In this document: positions 50,076 through 60,384 of the stretch, piece after piece
Layout of the letters: each line of letters opens with the position of its first letter
Numbering within the stretch: position 1 is the stretch's first letter
From: Clostridiales bacterium Firm_09
GTDB lineage: Bacteria; Bacillota; Clostridia; Christensenellales; DTU072
Length of the DNA: 64,000 bases
Direction of reading: 5' to 3'
Assembly (NCBI GenBank): GCA_001604065.1
Contig: LVAO01000005.1
Location: 14,903 to 78,902 of the forward strand
Notes under the pieces: generated by a model
The model's input: the letters and a program-made list of their open reading frames with translations, nothing else
Database searches by the model: none
Told to the model about the DNA's origin: nothing
Program-made: the position numbers and the translations under genes

Positions 50076-50474
50076 ATGTCGCAGTTCAAATTGGAAATTC
50101 AGACTCCCGAAAAACAGTTCTTCCGTTCTATGGCGGACTGTCTGATTGTGGAGACTTCAGAGGGACAGCTGGGTATTCTTGCGCACCATGAGCCGCTTGT
50201 CATCGGGCTGCAGCCCGGAAATATCCGCATCAAAATCGGCGATGTATGGAAGGAAGCTGCCAACGGTTATGGTTTTGTCGAGGTGCGTCCCGACCGTACC
50301 GTCGTACTTTGCGAAACGATGGAATGGCCGGAAGAAATCATCATAAACCGCGTCCAGAAGATTATAGAAGACTCCAAGCGCAAGCTCAGCGCCGTTAATA
50401 ACCGTATTGATTACAAAATCAATAAGGCTGCGCTCGCCAGGGCATTCGCAAGAATGAAGCTCGCGAAAAAATAA
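50076..50474 (+). CDS. atpC: F1 ATP synthase subunit epsilon
   Basis: 132 aa with a beta-sandwich N-terminus (G.LGIL..H.PL) and a C-terminal helical hairpin. It is the last gene of the operon. Confidence 0.85.
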   Translation: MSQFKLEIQTPEKQFFRSMADCLIVETSEGQLGILAHHEPLVIGLQPGNIRIKIGDVWKEAANGYGFVEVRPDRTVVLCETMEWPEEIIINRVQKIIEDSKRKLSAVNNRIDYKINKAALARAFARMKLAKK

Positions 50475-50515
50475 CCGGCCGCTATAAATTATAAATATTT
50501 TTTTCTGATTTCCAA

Positions 50516-52042
50516 TTACGATAACGCAATGCCGCTTGCGCCTTTGCGCAGTTTTTTATAATTCAAAATACTTTCAAAATTCAGTACGCCGAATAAATAG
50601 GCTAGTGTCCCGAACATGACGGAACCTGCCGAAAATGCAAGAAGCATGGCGAAAAGTCCGATCAAATCAACCAGCAGCGCATAGACCCATTTGGTAAAGA
50701 AAATGCTTGGAAGAGCGAATAAGGACACCATAAGTATCGTTTTGAGAAACCCGAATCTGAGATTGATACGTTTTTTCAGATAATACAGATTGCATGCGCA
50801 GCAGAGGATGAGAGAAATGGCGGTGGCTGCGACCACGGAATACAAGCCGATATATTGGGGAAGAAAATACACCGCGGCAAGCATGAATACGGTACCGGCA
50901 AGAAAACTGAAGAAATTCTCTTTTTCCATGCCGATGCTGTTCAAGGTGCTGGTCGTGATCATATTGACCGGAACAAGGAGCATGAAAAGCGATGCCGCCT
51001 GCAGATATTCTCCGGACACGGTGTCGGCAAAAAGAAGTTCGGTCAGATTCCGGCCCAACGCGCAGAATGCAACCATGAAAAAACCGCTGATGAGAAGTGC
51101 AAAATTGATGCCGCCATTGATTTGGCGATTAAGCAGCTGATAATTGTTTTTTATTCCGTTTTCGCTCATTTCGGGTACAAGCACGATGGTCATGGAGGCG
51201 ATTATCGCATTGGGGGCAAACAGCAGGGGATTTGCCATGCCGGCGATCCGCCCGAAACTTGCCGTTGCTTCAGAAATACTGTAACCTGCGTCAATCAGCC
51301 GTGCCGGCAGGAGAATGGCAAGCAGTGTTGAGGCAAGGCAGCCGAAGACGCGCATGGCCGTGACCGGCAGGGCGGGTTTGGCAATTTCGGATAATCTGAC
51401 CGGTTTCTGCAGTCTTCCTCCTTTGAAAAAGAATAATGCAATCAGCAGAACGGCTACCGTCGCATCCGATATCGTGAAGGCGAGCGCTATTCCATACGCG
51501 CCGCCGATGCCCGCAAACGCGCCGGAAACAAACAGTGCTGTGAACAGGATGCGGAGTACTTCCTCCAGGGTTTCTGTGATGCTGAAATACGTAAACTGTT
51601 TGCGCCCCCAGAACCATGAACGAATGATGCTGTAAATGCAGGAAGAGAGCAGAGCGGGGAGCATGATATAAAATAGAGGTACGGCGCGCTTGTCGGTAAA
51701 AACGGCGCCGAGGCAGGGTTTGAACAAGTAAATTATTCCGATTGAGACGGCACTTACCAGTATGCCTAAAATCAAGGTGGAGGTAATCTGAGCATGACCG
51801 TTGCTGTCCGGTTTCAATGCCCGTTCTTCTGCGATTTTGCGGGATAATACGGTCGGAAGTCCGCTTGCGCCAAGAGCAGAAAACAAAAAGAATGCCGACA
51901 GGCATATCTGATAAAGGCCTACCACCTCCGCGCCAAGCGTCCGTGAAAGATAAATTTTGAATATGAAGGACAGAGTCCTTGTCAACACAGCGAATATTGT
52001 TACGGTTACCACTGATTTGAAGAGCTTTTTAATTCCGGCCAT
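50516..52042 (-). CDS. MOP-superfamily flippase (SpoVB / polysaccharide biosynthesis protein type)
   Basis: 508 aa with ~14 TM helices. The N-terminus K....T.FAVLTR.LSFIFKIYLSR.LGAE.VGLYQ is typical of SpoVB/MurJ-like flippases. Confidence 0.7.
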   Translation of the reverse strand: MAGIKKLFKSVVTVTIFAVLTRTLSFIFKIYLSRTLGAEVVGLYQICLSAFFLFSALGASGLPTVLSRKIAEERALKPDSNGHAQITSTLILGILVSAVSIGIIYLFKPCLGAVFTDKRAVPLFYIMLPALLSSCIYSIIRSWFWGRKQFTYFSITETLEEVLRILFTALFVSGAFAGIGGAYGIALAFTISDATVAVLLIALFFFKGGRLQKPVRLSEIAKPALPVTAMRVFGCLASTLLAILLPARLIDAGYSISEATASFGRIAGMANPLLFAPNAIIASMTIVLVPEMSENGIKNNYQLLNRQINGGINFALLISGFFMVAFCALGRNLTELLFADTVSGEYLQAASLFMLLVPVNMITTSTLNSIGMEKENFFSFLAGTVFMLAAVYFLPQYIGLYSVVAATAISLILCCACNLYYLKKRINLRFGFLKTILMVSLFALPSIFFTKWVYALLVDLIGLFAMLLAFSAGSVMFGTLAYLFGVLNFESILNYKKLRKGASGIALS

Positions 52043-52121
52043 ATCCTCATTGTATGAATGCCCGCATATAGATATTACTGATGTATTAGTTATAGAATGA
52101 GCGCGTTTCTGAAAATATGGC

Positions 52122-52150
52122 TTGACAAATCCGACAGAAAATACTAATAT
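52122..52150 (+). promoter_or_regulatory. sigma-A-like promoter for the 52202 gene
   Basis: TTGACA (52122-52127), 17 nt, TAATAT (52145-52150). Confidence 0.5.
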
Positions 52151-52201
52151 GAAGTAGGAAACAGTTCAAATTCAATATTCCGAGGGGAGAAGGAGTAATC
52201 T

Positions 52202-52696
52202 ATGAGTCCGGATATCGGCATTCTGATCGCAATAATTGCTTTGGCCGTAGTTATCGGCTCCGCAATAATCTTTTTTGTCATCAGCCTGTTTTCCAGGTTC
52301 AACAATCTGGTCGCAACGCTTCCGGCAGAATTGATCTGGTCCGGGACGGTAGTCGCCTGGGGTCTGTATTTTATTTTCCTCAGATATGATATGCCCGCAA
52401 ACGCAGATATCGCAATGATATGCGGTTTTGCAGGACTTGCACTGTTCATGCTGTCCATTATTATAACGTATACGATTATTATTCGGTACAATTATAATAA
52501 GGGCAATCTTTCTTCCGTTTACAGATATCCCGGCACAATCAGCAATCCGGATTCCTACCTTGCCTGCAGATATGGCATTCCCAAGCCCAATCCCAAAGGC
52601 TATGTTACTTTGCGCACCCGTGCCGAAATGAATTACTATGCCGCCAATCCGTTGGCCTCGACAGAACGCGAAGCAGAAAGGCTGAACAAAAAATAA
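52202..52696 (+). CDS. hypothetical membrane protein (3-4 TM helices plus a soluble C-terminal tail)
   Basis: Strong RBS (GGAGAAGGAG). Hydrophobic helices are followed by a polar tail. I recognise no family. Confidence 0.55.
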   Translation: MSPDIGILIAIIALAVVIGSAIIFFVISLFSRFNNLVATLPAELIWSGTVVAWGLYFIFLRYDMPANADIAMICGFAGLALFMLSIIITYTIIIRYNYNKGNLSSVYRYPGTISNPDSYLACRYGIPKPNPKGYVTLRTRAEMNYYAANPLASTEREAERLNKK

Positions 52697-52895
52697 CGAA
52701 TCAGAAATACCCGAAGGCTGCCTATACCGGCGGCTTTTTTTTGGTGGAGAACTGTGAACGGCGGATGAATGTTTCCCAAAATCTAAAAAAAACCTTTTCC
52801 AGCAGTTGTATTTATTATTTAGTTATGGTACTATTGGTATTACCTATGTGTGGGCATACTTCTGATTACATTGATAAAATTATATTGGTGGTACC

Positions 52896-55800
52896 ATGAA
52901 AAAAACAAACAAAACTCTTTTGATCCTGTTGATTGTTATTCTTGCGTTCAGCTTGCTGGCGCTTGCAGCCTGTCAGCCACCGGAAGATACCGATGAGCCG
53001 GACACCGACGACACCGAGACATCGACAACCGATACCGCTCTTGTAAAGAACGGCACATTTGCAGCTGCCAAAAATTCAGACAACAGCAATGCTTATGTCA
53101 AAGACAGTGTGACCAGTTGGACACCTACCAGCGGGATGACAACCTATTCTACCGCCAAAGTGGGTGCGGTCGATATAACAAGATTCGATGCCAACAAGAG
53201 CGCCGTATACGAAAATATGTCCTCTCCCGGCATCGCTCCCGGCACACCGAAGAACGAGGATGGTACGTACAAAGACACCAATGCGCTTGTTATTGCCAAT
53301 ACCATCCAGGACGGCGGCTCCCTTTATTATAAAAGCGCGGCGGTTACCCTTGCAAAAAACAAGCATTATAAGCTGACAGTGGATGTCTTTACAAAAATCC
53401 TCAATGCCAAAGAAGACAATCTTCAAGGCGTCTGGATTTATATCAGCACCGGGGCGTATGCCGAATTTCAGGCGATCAACACCAACGAAACATGGGAAAC
53501 ATATACGGTTTATATCGAGGCAAACAACAGTGCCGATCGTACCATGTATATTCAGCTGTGGCTGGGCTATGGTCCCCAATATATCGGAAGCTCCTCCAGC
53601 GGAACGCGCAATACCCGCATGACCCAGGGTGTGGCGTTTTTTGATAACGTACTGATGAACACCATCACCGCATCGGAGTATGCCGATGCTTTTGGAACCT
53701 ATTCAAAAAACGGACGTGAAGTCACGGTTGTTTCGGATACCAAAACAACTAAGACAGCCATCATCAGTCTCATCAATCCGGACTCCAACTTTTCTTACGT
53801 GGCAGAATATTACACCAGCTCCAGCTCCAGTTATAAATCCTATTTTTCGGCAAAGGTGGGCATACCCAACAGCAATGTACTGTCCGGTCAGGTGGGCAAA
53901 TCCGGCATAGAAGATACGTCAGAATTTCCCACTTCCACATACAGTTCAACCGCCGGTACGGTCGGCATTTTCGATATGTCCAAGCTCTTTGCCGCTACCT
54001 ATGACGAGCAGAAGAACTTCATAGAGTATGCGGACACCTTCAAGGCGATCACCTCCTCTTTCCGTGCTCCCACAGAAGCGGAGGATTTTATGGATCCCGT
54101 GACGCATACCTATCGCCTTGCAGGCAGGAGCGACAATCCGGCAGATTCCACGGCACTGCTTATTTTCCATCCCGACAACGCAATTTCCGGCTACGGTTAT
54201 AAGAGCAAGACCAATTATCTTATAGAAAAAGATAAGTATTATGTGATTTCGGTCTGGGTATATCTTTATGTGCCGGAATACAGTGTGACCGCTGTTGCCG
54301 AGCCGGAGCAGCCTGCTGATGCCGAGCTGAGTGCGCCCAACCGCTCAGATTATCCCGAAGGCGAAGCCGGTGAAGAGGCTTATCAGGCTGCATTAACCGC
54401 ATACAATGCGAGCAAAGCGGCGTGGGACGATTACCGCACAAAGAAAGAAAAATATGATGCTTATAAAAATGGTCTGGACGCTTACAATGCCGCCAAGGAC
54501 AGAGCCAGCGCGACATTCAAGCTGACGGGTGCGACCATCAAAGAGGGCGACCTTGACACGCAGAAATCTCCTGCGGGCGGTCTGAATCAATGGTACCAGC
54601 TTACTTATAAGATTAAAGGCAACGAGCTCTCCAATCGTTTCATTAATCTGGAATATTGGTACGGAGAAGGCAATTGGGGCGAGGATACCCTGATGGTCGG
54701 CGGTTGCTTCTTTGATAATGTTTCAATCCAGGTATATACGCGCGATACCGTGCCCGGAGGCGGTTCGGATTATAAAACAATATCGCCGTTGGAAAACGAA
54801 GATTTCGCCCAGTTCGGATTATTGGAAGCCCCGGCGGATCCTGAGTTTGCTCCGTTTGCACTCAATGCCAGCAGCAACGGATGGGAATACAGCTTTGAAG
54901 ACAGCAATACCGCGACATACGAGAACGCAGGCAATGCCGGCATCATTAATGGATCGGCGGCTCTCAATCCGGCGTTGTGGGGAGCCGAAGGAACATCAGA
55001 CCTCTTCAGGGGTTATACGATGCCCGGCACATTCACGGTAACTTATGACAATGTTCCGACCAATTTCAATCTGGTCATGCTGCGCAACAATATATATACT
55101 TCCTCCATACTTAAATTCAGCAATGATAACTTCAAGGTTGTCCCCAACTCTTTCTACAGGCTGTCATTCTGGATTTATACAGGCGGCATCGATGATTCTT
55201 TGGGCCTTACCGCGGCTCTTTACAAGACGGAGGGGGATACGTCGCTCACCAGCCTTTCCAAACTGAACACACAGGGCGAATGGACCGAAGTAATTTTTTA
55301 TCTGCAGGGCTCATCCGATGATACGGCGGAATTCTATATCAAATTGACGTTGGGTTCGGGCAATAACTATACACCGGCAAATCTTGTCAAAGGCGTCGTG
55401 TATGCAACTGCAATGACCTATAAAAAGATTGCTTATACAGAATACAACAGTGCAACCACCGGTACGTATATCACAAAATATGAAGTTCCTTCTTCGACCA
55501 GCGCAAGCAACACCATTACCAATGGCTGGTTCAATAATATTGACAATACGACGTACAGCGGCGAAAACGAAGGCGTCTTTGACGACAACGGCAATCTTGT
55601 CGATGTCGCCATACCAGAAAGCTGGACTACAAAAGCGGCAGAGGGTGTCCTTACCAAGCCCACTTCGCTTACGATCAATGTCAGCGGCGAACTGAACTGG
55701 ACAGGCGACAACAAAGCAGAATATTATCTTATCTATGCAGACGAGCTGGTTGTCGATAACGGTTCAGATGGCGAAAAAACAATCAACAACTACTATATCG

Positions 55801-57722
55801 GAAAAACGGCAGGCACCGAAACAACCTACACGCTTGCCGCCGGACAGGCGCAGAAGAATGCTTATTATAAGGTGAGAGCCGTTCGTGTTACGCCCGAAAC
55901 CGACAAGCCTGTGGGCTACTCGGACTTCTCTACAAGAGTCCAGTATACCGGCAATACCAGCTTTTCGAATTACCTGCCCAATAATGTTGAGAAGTACTTC
56001 CCTGTAATGGGTATCATTGATTATAAATATTATGACGGTGGTTCCATCAGGGATACGCTTTATCCGTCCAATGAGGGCGCATCCGAGATTTATTACAACA
56101 GCCCGTACGATAAGCTGTTAATGATTTCTTCCAAAGATTATTTTACCCGCGCGGGATATTTAAGCCCCTCAACCGGCTCCTTGACCGCCAACTCATATTA
56201 TGAACTCAGCGTTTGGATGAAGACGGTGGATATCGAGGATGCGGAAGACCATGAAAAGACACGCGCCTCCGTTACAATTGCCAATAAATCGCAAATCATC
56301 ACCATCAACACGGCTTATGCGGATTATAATGCCAATGACGGCGATTATATCGGCTATGTCAATCAGAATACCGCGGGACAATGGATCCGTTACACCTTCT
56401 ATATCAAGACCACAAAAATGACGTCTGCGTCGGGTATTCAGCTTGAACTGTATCTGGGCAACAAATACGCTAAGGACGGCGCTGTCAACAAAGGCTTGTC
56501 TTTGGGAACGGTGTATTTTGACGACATTTATTTCAAGAAGCTGGATAGCGAAGAACAATACAATAAGCTGGTCTACGGCGTAGAGAATACCGAGGATCTG
56601 ACCGATGAAATCCGTGCAAAGTATTCCGAAAACAAACGGATCAAGCTTTCGGAGAACAAGCCCAATGGCAGTCTGTTCGCCAATAACTATATTTATAAGC
56701 TTGTCGACCTTACGACGGACAGCTTTGACTACTTTACAGAGGGCACTTCGCCTTTGGGTGACACACCCGGCGCATACACGCATTATAATGTTACCGATGC
56801 CGAGGCATACAGCTCTTCTGACGAACTGAAGAAGATGCTCTACGGCGTCTATGACAAGCGTACGGTCATGGAGGAAATCAAAGAAACCGTGCTGGACGCG
56901 AACGCTGCGACAGCCGCCCTGTTTGCCGACGCTGAGGATCTGCAAACTTTCCTGACAACGGATGTCGGAACGGGAAACAATTATTTGCTGCTTCTCAACA
57001 CAATCAAAAACGGGCAGTATTATCTGTCCACCGACAGTTTCTCTTTGGAAGCAGGCAAATATTACAAGATCACGTTCTGGGCAAAAATCAAAGCTCCCGA
57101 AGGCAAAAAGGCCGAGTTCCGTTTTGAAAGAGGCAACGAGACCAATGTATGGGATACCGTCTATATTGCGTCGGATGTCTGGACAAAATATACTTTCTAT
57201 ATTTATAACAGCGATAAGAGCGCGGTCAGCGGCAACCAGTTCGCATTCTACCTCGGCACCAATGACGGCGGAGAGGAGGGCTCTGAAAAAGTGGATATGT
57301 TCCCGGGTTTGCTGATTGTGGACGATGTTTCTGTCGTGCCCGTCACAGAGAATACCGAAGAGCTTGATGCGCTCTTTACTGCCTATGACGCGTTGTCGGC
57401 GGATCAGAAGATTGCCTCAACGTATAATTATCACAAGTTTGTGGCAACGACAACCGAAGAGGAGGAGCCCGAAGAAGAAGAGGATGAAAATGATAATTCG
57501 GTCAACAGCCAGTTGTGGTTATTGGTTTCGTCCATTGTCATTGCCGCCATTCTGCTTGCTGTCGTCGTCGTGCTGTCATGGAGAAAGATCAGCAAGAGAA
57601 TCAAGAAAAATATTCCCGTCAAGGTAATCTCCAACGTGCCGGTCAATATGCAGACCAAAGAGCAGCGTAAGAGCGCGGCGGATAAGAAGAAGGATATTTC
57701 TGACGACGAATTCACGGATTGA
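52896..57722 (+). CDS. giant cell-surface protein: lipoprotein signal, five CBM4/9-like jelly-roll modules, an FN3-like module, an acidic linker, a C-terminal TM anchor
   Basis: 1608 aa. Lipobox LALAAC (Cys26). Five repeats share the triad [Y-Y-x-(L/I)-(S/T)-(V/F)-W] ... [W-x-x-(Y/V)-T-F-Y-I] ... [F-F-D-(N/D)-V]. The linker EEEEPEEEEDENDN is followed by a TM helix (LWLLVSSIVIAAILLAVVVVLSW, nt 57513-57581) and a 46-aa Lys-rich tail. Confidence 0.8.
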   Translation: MKKTNKTLLILLIVILAFSLLALAACQPPEDTDEPDTDDTETSTTDTALVKNGTFAAAKNSDNSNAYVKDSVTSWTPTSGMTTYSTAKVGAVDITRFDANKSAVYENMSSPGIAPGTPKNEDGTYKDTNALVIANTIQDGGSLYYKSAAVTLAKNKHYKLTVDVFTKILNAKEDNLQGVWIYISTGAYAEFQAINTNETWETYTVYIEANNSADRTMYIQLWLGYGPQYIGSSSSGTRNTRMTQGVAFFDNVLMNTITASEYADAFGTYSKNGREVTVVSDTKTTKTAIISLINPDSNFSYVAEYYTSSSSSYKSYFSAKVGIPNSNVLSGQVGKSGIEDTSEFPTSTYSSTAGTVGIFDMSKLFAATYDEQKNFIEYADTFKAITSSFRAPTEAEDFMDPVTHTYRLAGRSDNPADSTALLIFHPDNAISGYGYKSKTNYLIEKDKYYVISVWVYLYVPEYSVTAVAEPEQPADAELSAPNRSDYPEGEAGEEAYQAALTAYNASKAAWDDYRTKKEKYDAYKNGLDAYNAAKDRASATFKLTGATIKEGDLDTQKSPAGGLNQWYQLTYKIKGNELSNRFINLEYWYGEGNWGEDTLMVGGCFFDNVSIQVYTRDTVPGGGSDYKTISPLENEDFAQFGLLEAPADPEFAPFALNASSNGWEYSFEDSNTATYENAGNAGIINGSAALNPALWGAEGTSDLFRGYTMPGTFTVTYDNVPTNFNLVMLRNNIYTSSILKFSNDNFKVVPNSFYRLSFWIYTGGIDDSLGLTAALYKTEGDTSLTSLSKLNTQGEWTEVIFYLQGSSDDTAEFYIKLTLGSGNNYTPANLVKGVVYATAMTYKKIAYTEYNSATTGTYITKYEVPSSTSASNTITNGWFNNIDNTTYSGENEGVFDDNGNLVDVAIPESWTTKAAEGVLTKPTSLTINVSGELNWTGDNKAEYYLIYADELVVDNGSDGEKTINNYYIGKTAGTETTYTLAAGQAQKNAYYKVRAVRVTPETDKPVGYSDFSTRVQYTGNTSFSNYLPNNVEKYFPVMGIIDYKYYDGGSIRDTLYPSNEGASEIYYNSPYDKLLMISSKDYFTRAGYLSPSTGSLTANSYYELSVWMKTVDIEDAEDHEKTRASVTIANKSQIITINTAYADYNANDGDYIGYVNQNTAGQWIRYTFYIKTTKMTSASGIQLELYLGNKYAKDGAVNKGLSLGTVYFDDIYFKKLDSEEQYNKLVYGVENTEDLTDEIRAKYSENKRIKLSENKPNGSLFANNYIYKLVDLTTDSFDYFTEGTSPLGDTPGAYTHYNVTDAEAYSSSDELKKMLYGVYDKRTVMEEIKETVLDANAATAALFADAEDLQTFLTTDVGTGNNYLLLLNTIKNGQYYLSTDSFSLEAGKYYKITFWAKIKAPEGKKAEFRFERGNETNVWDTVYIASDVWTKYTFYIYNSDKSAVSGNQFAFYLGTNDGGEEGSEKVDMFPGLLIVDDVSVVPVTENTEELDALFTAYDALSADQKIASTYNYHKFVATTTEEEEPEEEEDENDNSVNSQLWLLVSSIVIAAILLAVVVVLSWRKISKRIKKNIPVKVISNVPVNMQTKEQRKSAADKKKDISDDEFTD

Positions 57723-57732
57723 TCCGGCAACC

Positions 57733-57767
57733 AAAAAGGGCTTCCCGCAAAGGAAGTCCTTTTTTTG
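57733..57767. terminator. bidirectional terminator (giant protein / P-type ATPase, convergent)
   Basis: aaaaAGGGCTTCC-cgcaaa-GGAAGTCCTttttttt (one G-U pair). Confidence 0.7.
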
Positions 57768-57784
57768 TCGCCTTAGCCCGTTAT

Positions 57785-59635
57785 TTAGGCAGTCTTCTTC
57801 CGATGGGTGGAAATCGTTCTGATTGCATTGAGAATTGCCAGCACCGTAACTCCGACATCGGCAAAAACGGCAAGCCACATATCAGCATAGCCGAATGCGC
57901 TCAGAAGAAGCACGGCAAATTTGACGGAAAGAGCAAAAACAATGTTCTGACGCACAATGCGCAGTGTTCTGGAAGCAATTTTTTTTGCATCCAGAATTCC
58001 ATTCAGATTGTCGCGCATCAGCACGATATCGGACGCTTCGATTGCGCTGTCGCTCCCGATGCCTCCCATCGAGATGCCGGCGTCTGCACGCATAAGAACC
58101 GGAGCATCGTTGATGCCGTCGCCGACAAATATGACTGCGCCGTTCGCAACGGACATCAGATGTTCCAGTTCGGATACTTTGCCGTCGGGGAGAAGCTCCG
58201 CTTTATAGCCGTCGACACCGGTTTTTTGTGCGATATTTTTGGCATAAGCATCGTTATCGCCGGTGAGCATAAACGTGCTTAAACCTTGTTTTTTCAATGC
58301 GGAAATGACTTCGGGCGCTTCTTCGCGAAGGACGTCGGATACGGTAATGCTTCCGGCGAAGCTTCCGTTTCTTGCCACATAAAGACTGGTTCCGGCGGCT
58401 GTCGCAGGGATATATGCAATGCCGCAAGACTCCATGAATAAGGCGCTGCCGCATACAATTTCTTCATTTTCTTTGATGGCTCGGATGCCTTTTCCCGGAT
58501 ACTCTGTGATTTCATAGTTGTTCTGAGTTGCGGCCGGTGCTGCAAGCAGAATGCATTTTGCAATGGGATGCAGCGAGCCGCGTTCTGCAATCGCCGCAAG
58601 GGAAAGAATGCGCTCCCTGTCTTCCGCGGGTTCTACGGCAGTGACTTCCAATACACCTTTTGTCAGCGTCCCGGTTTTGTCAAAGACAATCAGCCGCGCT
58701 TTGTCGATAACCTCCAGTCCCGCCGCGCCTTTGAAAAGCACGCCTTTTCTGGATGCACCGCCGATGCCTCCGAAAAATCCAAGGGGGACGCTGATGACCA
58801 GCGCGCATGGACAGCTGACAACCAGGAATGCCAGCGCGCGGAAGATCCAGTCCTTCCAATTGCCCATGAAGAGCGGCGGGATGACGGCAAGAAGCAGCGC
58901 CGCGCCCACAACAGCAGGTGTATAATAACGGGCAAAACGCGTAATGAAATTCTCGATGCGGGCTTTCTTTGCGGAGGCATTTTCCACGAGGTCGAGAATA
59001 CGTGATACCGTACTGTCGCCGTAGGATTTCTCAGCCCGTATGTTCAAAACGCTCTGAAGGTTGACGGAGCCGGACAGAATCTTGTCTCCGGCCTTGCAGT
59101 TTTGCGGAACGCTTTCGCCGGTCAGGGCGGAGGTATCCAGCACGCTCCTGCCGGAAAGGATTTCGCCGTCCAACGGGACACGCTCTCCGGGCCGGACAAC
59201 AAGGATTTCGCCGATTTCGACGTCTTCCGGAGCAAGCGACACTTCGGCGCCGTCACGGATGACTGTCGCCTTATCGGGACGGATGGTCAAAAGAGAGGAT
59301 ATGGAGGCGCGGGAGCGCGAAACCGCAAGTGACTGTACATATTCTCCCGCCTGATAAAAAATCATGACGGCTGCCGCCTCGGGATACCGGCCGATTGCCA
59401 TTGCTCCGACGGTTGCCGCCGACATCAGAAAATGTTCATCAAAAACCTTTCCGCGGACAATATTTTTTGCGGCTTTCAGAAGGACGTCCCACCCCGCGAG
59501 AATCCATACCGAGCCATATAGAACAGGAGGCAGGTAAATCGGCAGAGGAAGAGCTTTGTCCAGCACAAAGGCTATGGCAAAACATGCAAGCGATACAGCA
59601 ACCGTAATCAGCCTTTTATGATTTTTATTACGCAT
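57785..59635 (-). CDS. cadA: heavy-metal (Cd/Zn/Co-type, P1B) translocating P-type ATPase lacking an N-terminal metal-binding domain
   Basis: The CPC transmembrane metal site (VSCPCALVIS), DKTGTLT, and GDGINDAP. The N-terminus goes directly into TM helices. Confidence 0.85.
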   Translation of the reverse strand: MRNKNHKRLITVAVSLACFAIAFVLDKALPLPIYLPPVLYGSVWILAGWDVLLKAAKNIVRGKVFDEHFLMSAATVGAMAIGRYPEAAAVMIFYQAGEYVQSLAVSRSRASISSLLTIRPDKATVIRDGAEVSLAPEDVEIGEILVVRPGERVPLDGEILSGRSVLDTSALTGESVPQNCKAGDKILSGSVNLQSVLNIRAEKSYGDSTVSRILDLVENASAKKARIENFITRFARYYTPAVVGAALLLAVIPPLFMGNWKDWIFRALAFLVVSCPCALVISVPLGFFGGIGGASRKGVLFKGAAGLEVIDKARLIVFDKTGTLTKGVLEVTAVEPAEDRERILSLAAIAERGSLHPIAKCILLAAPAATQNNYEITEYPGKGIRAIKENEEIVCGSALFMESCGIAYIPATAAGTSLYVARNGSFAGSITVSDVLREEAPEVISALKKQGLSTFMLTGDNDAYAKNIAQKTGVDGYKAELLPDGKVSELEHLMSVANGAVIFVGDGINDAPVLMRADAGISMGGIGSDSAIEASDIVLMRDNLNGILDAKKIASRTLRIVRQNIVFALSVKFAVLLLSAFGYADMWLAVFADVGVTVLAILNAIRTISTHRKKTA

Positions 59636-59656
59636 AGAAGCCTTCTTTGGCTTATG

Positions 59657-59872
59657 TCATAAGCCTGAAATGCAGGCATCCTCTCGGGATGCCGCTTCTT
59701 TTATTTTTTGTACGACGACTTCATAACATGCATCATCGATATCCAGATTAAGACGCCCGGAAGCAAAATTAAGAATCGCGGACCGGATGCCGGGTATTTT
59801 TGCAATTGATTTTTCCAGCTTTGCCGCGCAGACCGCGCAGTCAAGATTTTCTATTTTCACATTCTTTTTCAT
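59657..59872 (-). CDS. stand-alone heavy-metal-associated (HMA) domain protein
   Basis: 71 aa. The LDCAVCAAKLEK.I..I.G motif (CxxC in a ferredoxin-like fold). It lies 21 nt upstream of the ATPase. Confidence 0.8.
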   Translation of the reverse strand: MKKNVKIENLDCAVCAAKLEKSIAKIPGIRSAILNFASGRLNLDIDDACYEVVVQKIKEAASREDACISGL

Positions 59873-60000
59873 AATAACCTTCTTTATTCGTTGAGAGATA
59901 GGAAGAGCCGGCGTTCACTTCAGAAAGCGTCCGTTTTGCGATAAAATCTATAATTTCGTCCGTATCGGTCGGGACGCCGTTTCTTTCTCGGGATGTCCGA

Positions 60001-60363
60001 TTATTCGTTGACATGTTCCGTTGCCAATGCCAATATCTGTTCGACATGGCTGTCATTTAGAGAATAAAAGACTTCTTTGCCCTTTTTGCGGTATCGGACA
60101 AGATTGGATTGCCGCAGAATGCGCAATTGATGAGAGACTGCGGACAGGGTCATGTTGAGCAGTGCCGAGATGTCGCAGACGCACAATTCTCCTGCATGGA
60201 GAGCGGACAGAATATGGATTCTCGTGTTGTCGCCGAACACCTTGAAAAGCTCTGCTGCTTTACAGAGTGTTTTTTCTTGCGGCATCTCTTTGCGCGCTTT
60301 CTCTATTGCATCCTGATGTGTGATTTCGCAGGAGCAGAGCGGCAAACGTTCCGTATGATTCAT
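60001..60363 (-). CDS. ArsR/SmtB-family metalloregulator (CadC-like)
   Basis: F..LGD..R..IL..L...ELCVCD and the recognition helix SAVSHQLRILR. N-terminal Cys pair (LCSCE). Confidence 0.85.
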   Translation of the reverse strand: MNHTERLPLCSCEITHQDAIEKARKEMPQEKTLCKAAELFKVFGDNTRIHILSALHAGELCVCDISALLNMTLSAVSHQLRILRQSNLVRYRKKGKEVFYSLNDSHVEQILALATEHVNE

Positions 60364-60384
60364 GAATACCTCCGATTACATTTG

